This document shows, in pieces, positions 38,378 to 48,065 of a stretch of DNA of 64,000 nt; position 1 is the first letter of the stretch; each line of letters opens with the position of its first letter. Under the pieces are notes generated by a model. That model worked only from the letters and a program-made list of their open reading frames with translations, searched no databases and was not told where the DNA came from. The DNA lies in NCBI GenBank assembly GCA_015654705.1, contig JAATGL010000190.1:3496-67495 (forward strand), read 5' to 3'. This DNA comes from Alphaproteobacteria bacterium (GTDB lineage Bacteria; Pseudomonadota; Alphaproteobacteria; Micropepsales; Micropepsaceae). The position numbers were made by a program, and so were the translations under genes.

Positions 38378-39523
38378 ATGACCAGACCGGTTACCGCGAT
38401 CGTCACGGGCTTCACCAGAAGCCCGGACCTTCCCGGCCTGAGCCTCGCCCCGTTGCAGGCGCTGAAGCGCAAGGGCGTCATCCAGCGCATCGTCGCGGTG
38501 ACCTGGGACAAGGCGGAGATCGACAGGTTCGTGATGCCGCTGGCCGCTATGGACGACGTAGAACTGGTCCGCGTGCCGGAGCCGCAGGTCGCGGGCGGGC
38601 GCTATCAGACGGGCGTCGTCTACCAGATCCGTAATCTGGAGGAGGCGCTTCGGCGGGTGCCGGAGCGCGATGCACTGATCGTGAAAATCCGGCCCGAATT
38701 CATCATCGATGAGGCCCTCCTGCAGGACAAGATCGTCAATTTCGAACGCCATTGCGCGCCGTCGAAGCTGGCCAGGCGGTTCGGCGTGACGATGCCGCCA
38801 TCGCCCTTCGCGATGAAAATCTGGATACCGTGGGCGGACGCCAGCCAGCCTTTCTTCTATGAAGATGCGGCCTTCATCGGCCTCAAGCGCGATATCCAGA
38901 TGCTCGCGAGCCGCGAGGCGGAGGATCGTCTGGACGTCCTTGCGGACAAGAACTGCGGATGGTTCGCGCATGTCGTGCGTTTTGCCGTCCCGTTCCTTCG
39001 CACCTATCCGATATTCGAACGGTATATGCACGACTTCCGCTATTTCCCGAACAGCACGCATTATCGCGTCGCGCTTTTGCCGGGACTGATGAACGATGGG
39101 TTCTTCTGGCACCTGCTGATCGCCCATGCCTGGATTCTGGCAACGTCCTTCCATGTCGATTGCGGCGAGCCCGGACAGATCCGCTTCTACACCAACATCT
39201 CAAACCCGAATGCCGACTGGAACTCGCTTGCGTCGCTCATGGTCAATCCGCCCTACAACGATGTCGCGCTCTGGCGCGACGGCCAGAAGCCCGGCGGTCT
39301 GACGCCCTGCACGGCGCGCACCTATGGCAGGCTGGTCGACGACAGCTGGCAGCACGCGCTGTTCACAACGCCGGTGCTGCGCGATCTGACGCCGGACCGT
39401 CTGCGCGCCGTCCTGCGCAACGTGGCGCTGTACCGGCGCGGGCTTCTGGCCGAGGCCGAGGACGGCTTCTACCGCCGCCTGTCGGCCCTCTATCGCCAGC
39501 ACTGGGAACAGCGCGCCGCCTGA
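38378..39523 (+). CDS. Hypothetical protein, distantly WavE-like glycan-modifying enzyme
   Basis: AIVTG, VAVTW, YQIRNLEEAL, IVKIRPE and D..FIG resemble the WavE pattern from memory; last gene of operon. Confidence 0.5.
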   Translation: MTRPVTAIVTGFTRSPDLPGLSLAPLQALKRKGVIQRIVAVTWDKAEIDRFVMPLAAMDDVELVRVPEPQVAGGRYQTGVVYQIRNLEEALRRVPERDALIVKIRPEFIIDEALLQDKIVNFERHCAPSKLARRFGVTMPPSPFAMKIWIPWADASQPFFYEDAAFIGLKRDIQMLASREAEDRLDVLADKNCGWFAHVVRFAVPFLRTYPIFERYMHDFRYFPNSTHYRVALLPGLMNDGFFWHLLIAHAWILATSFHVDCGEPGQIRFYTNISNPNADWNSLASLMVNPPYNDVALWRDGQKPGGLTPCTARTYGRLVDDSWQHALFTTPVLRDLTPDRLRAVLRNVALYRRGLLAEAEDGFYRRLSALYRQHWEQRAA

Positions 39524-39564
39524 GCAGAAGCTCGCCCCGGGGGCGCCGTGCGCCTCCGATCGCG

Positions 39565-40947
39565 CTATTCCGCTTGTCCGGCACCGTCCCATCCGCCGCC
39601 AAGCGCCTGATACAGGGTGACGAGGGCATTCAGCCGGTCAGCGCGGGTCTGCACGAGCGCGAGTTCGGAGGCGAGAAGGCCCCGCTCGGCGTCGAGCTGG
39701 TCGAGATAGGGCGAATAGCCGGAGCGATAACGGCTGGTGGCAAGTTTCAGCGCACGCGACAGCACGTCGCGCTGGGCCGCGATCGACGCTTCCTGTTCGT
39801 TCAGGCGGCGGATCGCGGCCATCGCATCCTCGACTTCGCGAAAGGCATTGAGCGCGGTCTTGCGATAGGCGAACGCCGCCTGGTTGCGTCGCGCCGCTAC
39901 GGTCTCCTGCTGCGCGTCGAGGCGACCGGCATCGAAGAGCGGCGCGAGGATGCCGCCGCCGAGCGAGAAGATCTCCACCGGACTCGAAATCAGCGTCGAG
40001 CCTACAAGCCCGCCATCGGCGGAGATCCGCACATCGGGCAGGAACGCCGCGCGCGCCGAATCGAGCGCGTGGTCGGCGGCGACAAGCTGTTCCTCCGCCG
40101 CTATGATATCGGGCCGGCGGCGCATCAGCACGCCGGGCAGCGCTGCGGGCACCGAGGGCAGCGAGATGTTTTCAAGCGCGATGCCGCGCGCGATGGCGCG
40201 CGGATTTTCGCCCAGCAGGACGCTCAGCCCGTCTTCCTGTCGCGCGATGGCGAGTTGGGCCGCGGGAATTTGCTGCTCGGCGGTGCGGTAATCGGCCTCG
40301 GCCTGGGCCAGATCGAGCTGCGAGGCATAGCCGGCCTCGGCGCGGCGGCGCGCGATCCGGAACGAATCCGCCCGCGCGGCAAGCGTCCGATGCAGCACGT
40401 CCAGACGCGCATCCAGCGCCCGCAGCGTGATGTAGCCGCTCGCCGCCGACGCGGCCACGGCCAGGCGCACATTGTCCCGCGCCGCCTCGCCCGACAGCAG
40501 CTGCGCGCGCGCCGCTTCGCTCGCTTCGGACAGAAGGCCGAACAGGTCGAGATCGTAGGCGATGGAGACTTCGGCCTGGCCCGCCGTCTGGTTCTCGGGG
40601 ATGCCAAAGCCGGGATTGACGTCGCGCTGGCGCCCGCCCTCGGCCGCGCCCGTCACGTCGGGCCAGCGCTGCGCCTGCGCCGAATGGAACTGGCCGCGCG
40701 CCTCGGCGACACGTTCGGCGGCGATCGCGATGTCGACATTGTCGGCGAGCGCGGTCTCCACCACGCGGGCCAGTTCGGGATCGCCGAACGACCGCCACCA
40801 GGCCGCGCCGACCTCGCCCTGCGCCGCACCGGGGTCGTTGCGCCAGGCGTCCGGCGGCACGATCGCGGCCTGCGGCGGTATTTCGGGTCGCGGACCCATG
40901 CAGCCCGCCAGCGCGACAAGGACGAGGATCGCAAAGACACGCGTCAT
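39565..40947 (-). CDS. Efflux outer-membrane lipoprotein (NodT/OprM type)
   Basis: Lipobox LAGC, WWRSFGDPEL, RRPDI, LYQALGGGW. Confidence 0.92.
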   Translation of the reverse strand: MTRVFAILVLVALAGCMGPRPEIPPQAAIVPPDAWRNDPGAAQGEVGAAWWRSFGDPELARVVETALADNVDIAIAAERVAEARGQFHSAQAQRWPDVTGAAEGGRQRDVNPGFGIPENQTAGQAEVSIAYDLDLFGLLSEASEAARAQLLSGEAARDNVRLAVAASAASGYITLRALDARLDVLHRTLAARADSFRIARRRAEAGYASQLDLAQAEADYRTAEQQIPAAQLAIARQEDGLSVLLGENPRAIARGIALENISLPSVPAALPGVLMRRRPDIIAAEEQLVAADHALDSARAAFLPDVRISADGGLVGSTLISSPVEIFSLGGGILAPLFDAGRLDAQQETVAARRNQAAFAYRKTALNAFREVEDAMAAIRRLNEQEASIAAQRDVLSRALKLATSRYRSGYSPYLDQLDAERGLLASELALVQTRADRLNALVTLYQALGGGWDGAGQAE

Positions 40948-42023
40948 GGGCCGCCGCTTGTATCGATGCGCGTTTCCACCGACATGCCGGGCCTGAGACG
41001 CGCCGCGCCGGGCTGGTTCGGATCGAGCGCGATGCGCACGCCGATGCGCTGCGGCACCTTCACGAAATTGCCCGTCGCGTTGTCGGGCTTCAGCACCGAG
41101 AATTCCGAGCCCGCCGCCGGCGACAGCCGCTCCACATGGCCGTGGAAGCGCATGAAGTCCAGCGCATCGACGCGGAACGTCGCCGGCTCGCCCGGCGCCA
41201 TATGCGCGGTCTGGTCTTCCTTGTAATTGGCGATCACCCAGCGATCGGGCGGCACCAGCGAGAACAGTTGCGTGCCGTTGGTGACATACTGGCCGAGCCG
41301 CACGCCCACCTCGCCCAACTGGCCGGCTTCGGGCGCGCGGATGATGGTGTGCTCCAGGTCGATCTGCGCCAACCGTGCCTGGGCGCGCGCGGCGTCGGCC
41401 TGCGCCTTCAATCCGGCCCGTCCGACATCGACGGTGCGGATGTCCTGAACCGCAATCTGGCCGCCGGCCTGCGCCTGGGCAAGCGCGGCGAGGGTCTGGT
41501 CGCGCTCGCGCACCGAGACTGAACCGTCGCGCACCAGATCGTTGACGCGCGCCATGTCGGCCCGGGCGTGCAGAAGCTGGGCCTGTGCATTGGCGAGCGC
41601 AGCGGTGCGCGAGGCGCGCGCCTGGTCGCTGTTGGCCAGTGCGGCGATGGCGGCGGCGAGCGAAGCCTGCGCCTGTGCCAGACGGGCGCGATAGATGCTG
41701 TCGTCGATCTGGACCAGCACTTGCCCGGCACGCACTTGGTCGTAGTCATGCACCGGCACGGCGACGACATAGCCGCTGACCTGCGGCGCGATCACGGTCG
41801 TGCGGCCGCGCACATAGGCGTTGTCCGTCACCTCGATGCCGCCGCCGAAGGGCGGCAGGCCCCAGGCCCACAGGATCGCGAGCACCGCGATGACGGCGAG
41901 CAGCACGATCGCCACCGTGGTGCGCGGGTAGCGCAGCGGCGGATGCCAGACCGGCGCGGGCGGTGGTGGCGGCGGCAGCTGCGGTGCGATTACAGGGGTT
42001 TCGGTCTGTCCGGTCGCGCTCAT
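40944..42023 (-). CDS. EmrA/HlyD membrane fusion protein
   Basis: TDNAYV, IAPQVSG, ANYKE, DNATGNFVKVPQRI, LRPGMSV. Confidence 0.92.
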   Translation of the reverse strand: MSATGQTETPVIAPQLPPPPPPAPVWHPPLRYPRTTVAIVLLAVIAVLAILWAWGLPPFGGGIEVTDNAYVRGRTTVIAPQVSGYVVAVPVHDYDQVRAGQVLVQIDDSIYRARLAQAQASLAAAIAALANSDQARASRTAALANAQAQLLHARADMARVNDLVRDGSVSVRERDQTLAALAQAQAGGQIAVQDIRTVDVGRAGLKAQADAARAQARLAQIDLEHTIIRAPEAGQLGEVGVRLGQYVTNGTQLFSLVPPDRWVIANYKEDQTAHMAPGEPATFRVDALDFMRFHGHVERLSPAAGSEFSVLKPDNATGNFVKVPQRIGVRIALDPNQPGAARLRPGMSVETRIDTSGGP

Positions 42024-43654
42024 GCCGCCGCCAGCGCCTCGCGCCGCCTGCGTCCTGCCGTCGTCATGATCAGATATCCCAGATAGAGCGCCGTCGCGAG
42101 CGAGAGCCAGGCGACAAGCCGGAAAATGTCGTTGAAGGCAAGCGTGTTGGCCTCGTTCGCCATGGCGCGGCCGAGCAGGCCGGCCCCCTGGGCGCCCCGC
42201 AGCACCGGATCGCCCAGCACGCCGGAAAGCACCACGACGCCGCTCTGGATGCGTCCCGCCACCTGCGGATCAGCGGCGATGAGCTGCTCGGCCAGCGATG
42301 CGGCATGCGCCTTGGCCGCCATGACCTGTGCCGTGCCGAGGATCGCCGAGCCGGCGAGGCCGCCGATGTTCTGTGTCATGCTGAACACCACGATGAGGCT
42401 CACCAGGTGCGTGGGGCCTCTGTGCAGCATCTGTATGAATCCATAGGCGAGCGTCGGGCCGATGAAAAGCGTGGTGCCGAACGCGATCAGCGATTGGCTC
42501 AGGTAAAGCTGCTCGGGCCGCGTGATGCTGGTCGAATGGCTGTCGAGCCAGGCGCCGAGCGCGATAATCAGCGCCGCGACCAGCACCTGGAACGGCAGGC
42601 GCCGTTCCGACAGCGTCGCGCAGGCGACGGCCGCGCCGGCCACCATCGCCAGCAGGACATAGAGGAACAACGAATGGAGCTGGTCGTTGGTGAGGCCGCC
42701 GGAGGTGAGGAAGCCGACGGAGCCATAGGTCTGCTCGGCAAGCGCCAGACGGACCAGCAGCGCCACGGCGATGAAGCGCACAATGTCGCGGCTCCCGATC
42801 CAGGTCGTCTGAAGCAGCGGGCGCACGCGATTGTGTTCGATGGCAATCGCGATGGCGACCAGAGGCACGGCAACGGCCAGCGCCCAGCCGAGCCAGGGCC
42901 GGTCGGTCCACCACAGGAGCCGCCCCTCCCCCAGCACGATGCAGATCAGCAGGAACGCCGGGACCATCAGGCCGATGGTGACGAAATCCAGCGGCTCGAA
43001 CGCCTTGCCGCGCTCGCTGGGCGGCAGCGGCACGGCCAGGATGGTCGCGGCGATCGTCAGTGCCACGCCGAGCTCGATCAGCGACAGGCCGTGCCAGTTG
43101 TCGGTCGCCAGCACGTCGAGCGGAACGAGCCGCGCCAGCGGCGTGCCGAGCTGGGTGAGGCTGATGCCGATGACCAGCGCCAGCGGCCGAAGCGGCACCG
43201 GCATGATCTGCATCAGGTAGTAGATGGTCAACGTGGTCAGCCCCGCCGCCGTCACGCCGCAGGCTGCGCGCACGACGATGGCGGCCGTAAAGCTGGGCGC
43301 CACAAGCTGGACGAGGGCCGCGAGCGCATAGGCGCCGAGCAGCGCCAGCGTCACCTCCGGAATGCCGAACTGCGCGCGGGCGCGCACTAGCGTGAGATTG
43401 GCCGTCGCGTTCATCGCGACATAGATCGCGGGCAGCACGCTCACCTGGGCCAGCGTCAGGCCGAGCGAACCCGCCAGATTGCCGGCGTTCACGTTGATCA
43501 GCGCATTGGTGAAGGTGGCGGAGCAGCCGATCAGGACGCCCACGCAGGCATAGGCGATGCGGCGATTGAGCGAATGGGCCGGTGCAAAAGGCGACCCCGG
43601 AAACATCGGCCGCTCGTTCGGCGCGAAATGGTAGTCCGTGTCGACCGCGCTCAC
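42020..43654 (-). CDS. EmrB-like MFS efflux transporter
   Basis: Very hydrophobic ~544 aa protein, LAFNDIF C-terminal motif, ATGA-coupled to MFP. Confidence 0.85.
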   Translation of the reverse strand: MSAVDTDYHFAPNERPMFPGSPFAPAHSLNRRIAYACVGVLIGCSATFTNALINVNAGNLAGSLGLTLAQVSVLPAIYVAMNATANLTLVRARAQFGIPEVTLALLGAYALAALVQLVAPSFTAAIVVRAACGVTAAGLTTLTIYYLMQIMPVPLRPLALVIGISLTQLGTPLARLVPLDVLATDNWHGLSLIELGVALTIAATILAVPLPPSERGKAFEPLDFVTIGLMVPAFLLICIVLGEGRLLWWTDRPWLGWALAVAVPLVAIAIAIEHNRVRPLLQTTWIGSRDIVRFIAVALLVRLALAEQTYGSVGFLTSGGLTNDQLHSLFLYVLLAMVAGAAVACATLSERRLPFQVLVAALIIALGAWLDSHSTSITRPEQLYLSQSLIAFGTTLFIGPTLAYGFIQMLHRGPTHLVSLIVVFSMTQNIGGLAGSAILGTAQVMAAKAHAASLAEQLIAADPQVAGRIQSGVVVLSGVLGDPVLRGAQGAGLLGRAMANEANTLAFNDIFRLVAWLSLATALYLGYLIMTTAGRRRREALAAA

Positions 43655-43786
43655 GCCTGCCCCAAAGCCTTGGATCGTGAGGCAATTTTGCACGGCTTCG
43701 CCCAGACGGACAAGGACGGCGCGGAGGCCTCTCCGGCCTTCGCCGGCGTCACACCATCGTCCGGACCGACCTCGACGGCAGGCTGA

Positions 43787-44401
43787 TTATTCCGGCGCGG
43801 GGAAGGCGCCTTCGACCGCGATCTCGCTCAACGGCAGCCTTCCGCTCGGCGCCTCGCGCGCCGCCAGCGCCTCGTCGAGCAGGGTTTTCTCTCCGCGGCG
43901 GCCGATGGCGATGGCGGCTTCGGCACGAAAGTTCGATCCGACGTTCAATTCGCTGAGCGCGCGCTCATGATCGAAGCCGAGCATGGCATGCGCGTGCCAG
44001 CCGAGCAGTGTCGCCTGGAGCGCCACATTGGCCCATGCCGCGCCCGCATCGAAGGAATGGCTGCGGGACGGTGCGTCCTCGTCCTTGCCCGGCGCGCGAA
44101 ACGTCGTTTTCGAGAACACGAAGATCAGCGTCGCCGCCTTGCGGCACCACACCTGATTGAACGGCGCCAGCAATCCGAGGAGCCGCTCCCAGGACGGCGT
44201 GCCGCGGCGCGCATAGACGAAGCGCCAGGGTTGCGCGTTGTAGGATGACGGCGCCCAGCGCCCGGCCTCCAGGATCGTCGCCAGGGTTGCTTCGGGAATC
44301 GCCTCGGCGGTAAAGGCGCGCGGCGACCAGCGCTCCAGGAAGACCGCATGGACGGGGTGATGGGCCTCGCGACCGTGCGCGTTCGTTTGTTTGTCGGGCA
44401 T
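43787..44401 (-). CDS. Nitroreductase family (TdsD-like), candidate flavin reductase
   Basis: ERWSPRAF, WAPSSYNAQPWRF, FDAGAA..NVALQA. Confidence 0.88.
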   Translation of the reverse strand: MPDKQTNAHGREAHHPVHAVFLERWSPRAFTAEAIPEATLATILEAGRWAPSSYNAQPWRFVYARRGTPSWERLLGLLAPFNQVWCRKAATLIFVFSKTTFRAPGKDEDAPSRSHSFDAGAAWANVALQATLLGWHAHAMLGFDHERALSELNVGSNFRAEAAIAIGRRGEKTLLDEALAAREAPSGRLPLSEIAVEGAFPAPE

Positions 44402-44444
44402 GACCGGCACTTTGCGGCCGCAAGCAAACAAAACAAATGAAATA

Positions 44445-44465
44445 TTCTCGATCCGGACATGAGAA
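44445..44465. promoter_or_regulatory. Candidate operator TTCTC-N11-GAGAA
   Basis: TTCTCGATCCGGACATGAGAA in divergent gap; same pattern at 56966 and 57008. Confidence 0.5.
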
Positions 44466-44533
44466 TTACTGGTTGGTGCAAGGCGCAACGATCCCCGACG
44501 CTGCACCATCGAAAATATATTGGAGGGCAAACC

Positions 44534-45214
44534 ATGAGTCAGACAAAAGAATCCGTCCGAGGCCTCCTGGCAGAGCTTCACGCCGAGCGTGTGGCGACGT
44601 GGCGGCCGGAAGATCTGCAGGTCAATATCGATCAACGGAAATTGCTGGAAGACATCGCCGATCGGGATGAGTTCGTGAAGGCCGGCGACGTGGTTGCGCC
44701 CTTCGTCCTGCCCGAGGTGGACGGCGGCGTCGTCGATCTCGCCAAAGTCCTCAAGCGCGGACCGGCGGTGTTGATCTTCTTCCGCTTCGCCGGATGCCCC
44801 GCCTGCAACATCGCGCTGCCCTATTATCAGCGCAATCTCTATCCGGCCCTTCGCGATCTCGGCGCGACGCTGGTTGCGGTCAGCCCCCAGCGCGGCGACC
44901 GTCTGGTCGAGATCAAGCGGCGCCACGATCTTTCGTTCCTTGTGGCGACGGACACCGACAACGCGCTCGGCCGCAAATTCGGCATCCTCTACAGTTTCGA
45001 CGAGCCGTCCCGCCAGGCCGCGCTGAAGAAGGGCGCGCATATCGGCGAGACCACCGGCACGGGCACCTGGGAGCTTCCGATGCCGGCGGTGATCGTAATC
45101 GGCACGGATCGCGTCGTGCAATTCGCTGATGTCAGCCCCGACTGGCTGGTCCGCACCGAAGCCGACCCGGTCATCGAGGCCGTCAGGCACCTTGCTCCCG
45201 TTTCGGCCGAATAG
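44534..45214 (+). CDS. AhpC/TSA peroxiredoxin-like protein
   Basis: GPAVLIFFRFAGCPACN, LVAVSPQ, WELPMPA; GGAGG RBS. Confidence 0.85.
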   Translation: MSQTKESVRGLLAELHAERVATWRPEDLQVNIDQRKLLEDIADRDEFVKAGDVVAPFVLPEVDGGVVDLAKVLKRGPAVLIFFRFAGCPACNIALPYYQRNLYPALRDLGATLVAVSPQRGDRLVEIKRRHDLSFLVATDTDNALGRKFGILYSFDEPSRQAALKKGAHIGETTGTGTWELPMPAVIVIGTDRVVQFADVSPDWLVRTEADPVIEAVRHLAPVSAE

Positions 45215-45218
45215 CTGG

Positions 45219-46805
45219 ATGGACAAAACCTCGATCGCATTGGAAGCGGATGTGCTGGTGGTCGGCGGCGGATTGGCCGGCACCTGGGCTGCGGTGGCCG
45301 CAGCGCGCGCCGGCGCATCCGTCGTTCTGGCGGACAAGGGTTATTGCGGCACCAGCGGCGTGACCGCCAGCGCGGGGCCGGGACATTGGTGGGTGCCACC
45401 CGATCCGCAACTGCGCGCCGAGGCTATCCGCAGCCGCAACGCGCGCGCCTTCGGCCTAGCCGATACGGGGTGGATGGCGCGCGTCCTGGAAAAGACCTGG
45501 CAGAGCATTCCCAGGCTGCGCAGCTATTACCGGTTTTCGCCCGATGAGACGGGCGCGCCGCGCTACCGTGCGCTGCGCGGCCCGGAATATATGCGCGCGA
45601 TGCGGCGCTACGCCGAAGATTGCGGCGTGCAGATCCTCGACCAGAGCCCGGCGCTGGAACTGCTGCTGCATCTCGACGGCTCCGTCGCCGGCGCCGCGGG
45701 GATTTCGCGTGCTTCTGCCGATGCCTGGACCGTGCGGTCCGGCGCGGTCGTGCTGGCGACCGGGGGATGCGCGTTCATGTCCCATCTTCTGGGATCGCGC
45801 ACCAATACCGGCGACGGCTATCTGATGGCCGCCGAAGCCGGAGCCCGCCTCTCCGGCATGGAGTTTACGAGCTACTACACGGTGGCGCCCGCCTGGTCGA
45901 CGATGACGCGGGCGATGTCGTTCGCCTTCGCGCGCTATTTCGACGCCGCCGGCCACGAGCTGCCCATACCCCCCGGCCCCGATGTCACTCCTGCGGTCGC
46001 GGCCGAGCTCCTCAAGGGACCGGTGTTCGCCAATCTCGCGCGGATGCCGAAAGACATTCGCGCCCGCCTGCCGCAGATCTCGCCGAATTTCCTTCTGGCG
46101 TTCTCGCGCGCGGGCGTCGACCCGTTCGACCAGAATTTCGAGATCACGCTGCGGGCCGAGGGGACAGTGCGCGGCATCGGCGGGCTGCGCATTGCCGACG
46201 AGGAGTGCCGCACCGATGTGGCCGGGCTGTTCGCCGCCGGCGACGCGGCGACGCGCGAACTCATCGCCGGCGCGACCTCGGGCGGCGGCGCGCAGAACTC
46301 GGCCTGGGCGGTGTCTTCTGGACAATGGGTGGGCGAAGGCGCGGCGCGGCTTGCACGCACCAGCGGCCGCCGCGCAGGCGAATTCGCCGCCGCCATCGGC
46401 GAGGCCGGCCTGCGCCCACCTCCGGGTTCAACGCTCTGGTCGCGCGAGGCCATCGACGAGATCGTTTCCGTCGTCCGCGATGAAATGCATCCCTACGAGA
46501 AGAACATCTTCCGCAGCCGGGAAAAGCTGCAGCGCTCGCTCGACCGGCTGGACGAGACGTGGCGGTCCGTCCGGACAAGTCTGCGCGGCTCCGATGTGCT
46601 GAAGGCCCGCGAGGCCGCCGCGCTCGTGGCCAGCGGCCGCTGGAGCTATCGTGCGGCGCTGGCGCGGACGGAAAGCCGCGGCATGCATCTGCGCACCGAT
46701 CATCCCTCGGCGGATGCGCGGCTTCAGCATCGCCTGACGGTCGGCGGGCTTGACCGCGTCACGGTGAGAACGGATCCCGCGAACGCACTGGCGCAGGTGG
46801 CCTGA
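45219..46805 (+). CDS. SdhA/AprA-like FAD oxidoreductase (AsfA-like)
   Basis: DVLVVGGGLAG, VVLATGG, NTGDGY, GLFAAGD, RTESRGMH.R.D.P. Confidence 0.85.
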   Translation: MDKTSIALEADVLVVGGGLAGTWAAVAAARAGASVVLADKGYCGTSGVTASAGPGHWWVPPDPQLRAEAIRSRNARAFGLADTGWMARVLEKTWQSIPRLRSYYRFSPDETGAPRYRALRGPEYMRAMRRYAEDCGVQILDQSPALELLLHLDGSVAGAAGISRASADAWTVRSGAVVLATGGCAFMSHLLGSRTNTGDGYLMAAEAGARLSGMEFTSYYTVAPAWSTMTRAMSFAFARYFDAAGHELPIPPGPDVTPAVAAELLKGPVFANLARMPKDIRARLPQISPNFLLAFSRAGVDPFDQNFEITLRAEGTVRGIGGLRIADEECRTDVAGLFAAGDAATRELIAGATSGGGAQNSAWAVSSGQWVGEGAARLARTSGRRAGEFAAAIGEAGLRPPPGSTLWSREAIDEIVSVVRDEMHPYEKNIFRSREKLQRSLDRLDETWRSVRTSLRGSDVLKAREAAALVASGRWSYRAALARTESRGMHLRTDHPSADARLQHRLTVGGLDRVTVRTDPANALAQVA

Positions 46806-46806
46806 C

Positions 46807-47181
46807 ATGATCGAGCTGGTCATCGCGGAGCGCTGCGTCGAATGCAACCTCTGCGTAAAGGTCTGCCCGACCGACGTCTTCGATTCCGTTCCGGGCGGAC
46901 CGCCCGTGATCGCACGGCAGCAGGATTGCCAGACCTGCTTCATGTGCGAGCTTTATTGCGATGCCGACGCGCTTTATGTGGCGCCCGATTGCAATCGCCC
47001 CACGCCGGTCGACGAAAAGGCGCTGCTGGCCTCCGGCCTGCTCGGCCGCTACCGCCGCGATTCCGGCTGGGCCGAGTGGTCCGGCGATCCGCGCTACACC
47101 AACGAGCACTGGCGCATGGAACATGTCTTCGCTGTCGCGCGGGCGGTCGGCGAGACCACAAGCAAGGAAACCGTGCCGTGA
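46807..47181 (+). CDS. 2[4Fe-4S] ferredoxin (AprB/AsfB-like)
   Basis: CVECNLCVKVCP and CQTCFMCELYC. Confidence 0.92.
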   Translation: MIELVIAERCVECNLCVKVCPTDVFDSVPGGPPVIARQQDCQTCFMCELYCDADALYVAPDCNRPTPVDEKALLASGLLGRYRRDSGWAEWSGDPRYTNEHWRMEHVFAVARAVGETTSKETVP

Positions 47182-47292
47182 CCGGTCCAAAATATCGAAG
47201 TGGCGTTTGCTTTCGCTTCGTTATACAATATTACGTCGATATACATTATTGACTATTCCATGACCGATGCGCTGATCCCGAACCAAGGAAAC

Positions 47293-48063
47293 ATGCTGCG
47301 GAAATTTGCGCATTCCGCGGGACGTGCCGTCACGCCGATCCTGATCCTCGTCGCCTGGCAGATCGCTTCCGCCACCGGCCTCGTCCCCGAACGGACCCTG
47401 GCTTCGCCCCTGCATGTCATCGGCACGTTCTGGACCCTGATCGCCGACGGCGAATTGCAGGACAACCTTCTGGTTTCGCTGCGCCGGGCGATGGAAGGTC
47501 TGGCGATCGGCGTCAGCTTCGGAACCGTGTTCGCGCTGATCTCGGGCCTGTCGCGCAGCGGCGAAGCCGCCGTTGACGCGCCACTTCAGATCCTGCGGGC
47601 GATTCCCTTTCTCGCGCTCGTGCCGCTGTTCATCCTGTGGTTCGGCATCGGCGAGACGCCCAAGATCGCGCTGGTGGCGCTGGGCACGATCTATCCGGTC
47701 TATCTCAATCTCTATGCCGGCATTCGCGGCATCGACAAGAAACTGCTGGAGGCCGGGGCCTGTTTCGGGCTCAATCATTGGCAGATCCTGCGCCACATCG
47801 TCCTGCCAGGCGCGCTGCCGTCCTTTCTCGTCGGGCTTCGCTACGCGGTGGGCATCAGCTGGCTCAGCCTCGTGGTCGCCGAACAGATCAATGCTTCGAG
47901 CGGCATCGGCTATCTCATCATGTCGGCGCGGGACTTCATGCGCACGGACATCATCGTCGTCGGTCTCATCGTATACGGATTGCTCGGCCTTTTGACCGAC
48001 ATCCTGATCAGGACGCTCGAACACCGGGCGCTCGCGTGGCGTCCTTCCATCCTGAAAGGTTGA
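47293..48063 (+). CDS. ssuC: Sulfonate ABC permease
   Basis: LFILWFGIGETPK, LPGALP..LVGLR, WLSLVVAEQINA.SGIG; start 47260 or 47293. Confidence 0.88.
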   Translation: MLRKFAHSAGRAVTPILILVAWQIASATGLVPERTLASPLHVIGTFWTLIADGELQDNLLVSLRRAMEGLAIGVSFGTVFALISGLSRSGEAAVDAPLQILRAIPFLALVPLFILWFGIGETPKIALVALGTIYPVYLNLYAGIRGIDKKLLEAGACFGLNHWQILRHIVLPGALPSFLVGLRYAVGISWLSLVVAEQINASSGIGYLIMSARDFMRTDIIVVGLIVYGLLGLLTDILIRTLEHRALAWRPSILKG

Positions 48064-48065
48064 CC

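Noticed and set aside
44402-45337. 516-aa nitroreductase fusion
   Set aside because: Extension is antisense to the peroxiredoxin-like and flavoprotein genes and has no motifs.
45219-47181. Dissimilatory APS reductase or succinate dehydrogenase
   Set aside because: No sat/qmo/dsr or sdhBCD; context is aerobic sulfonate scavenging.
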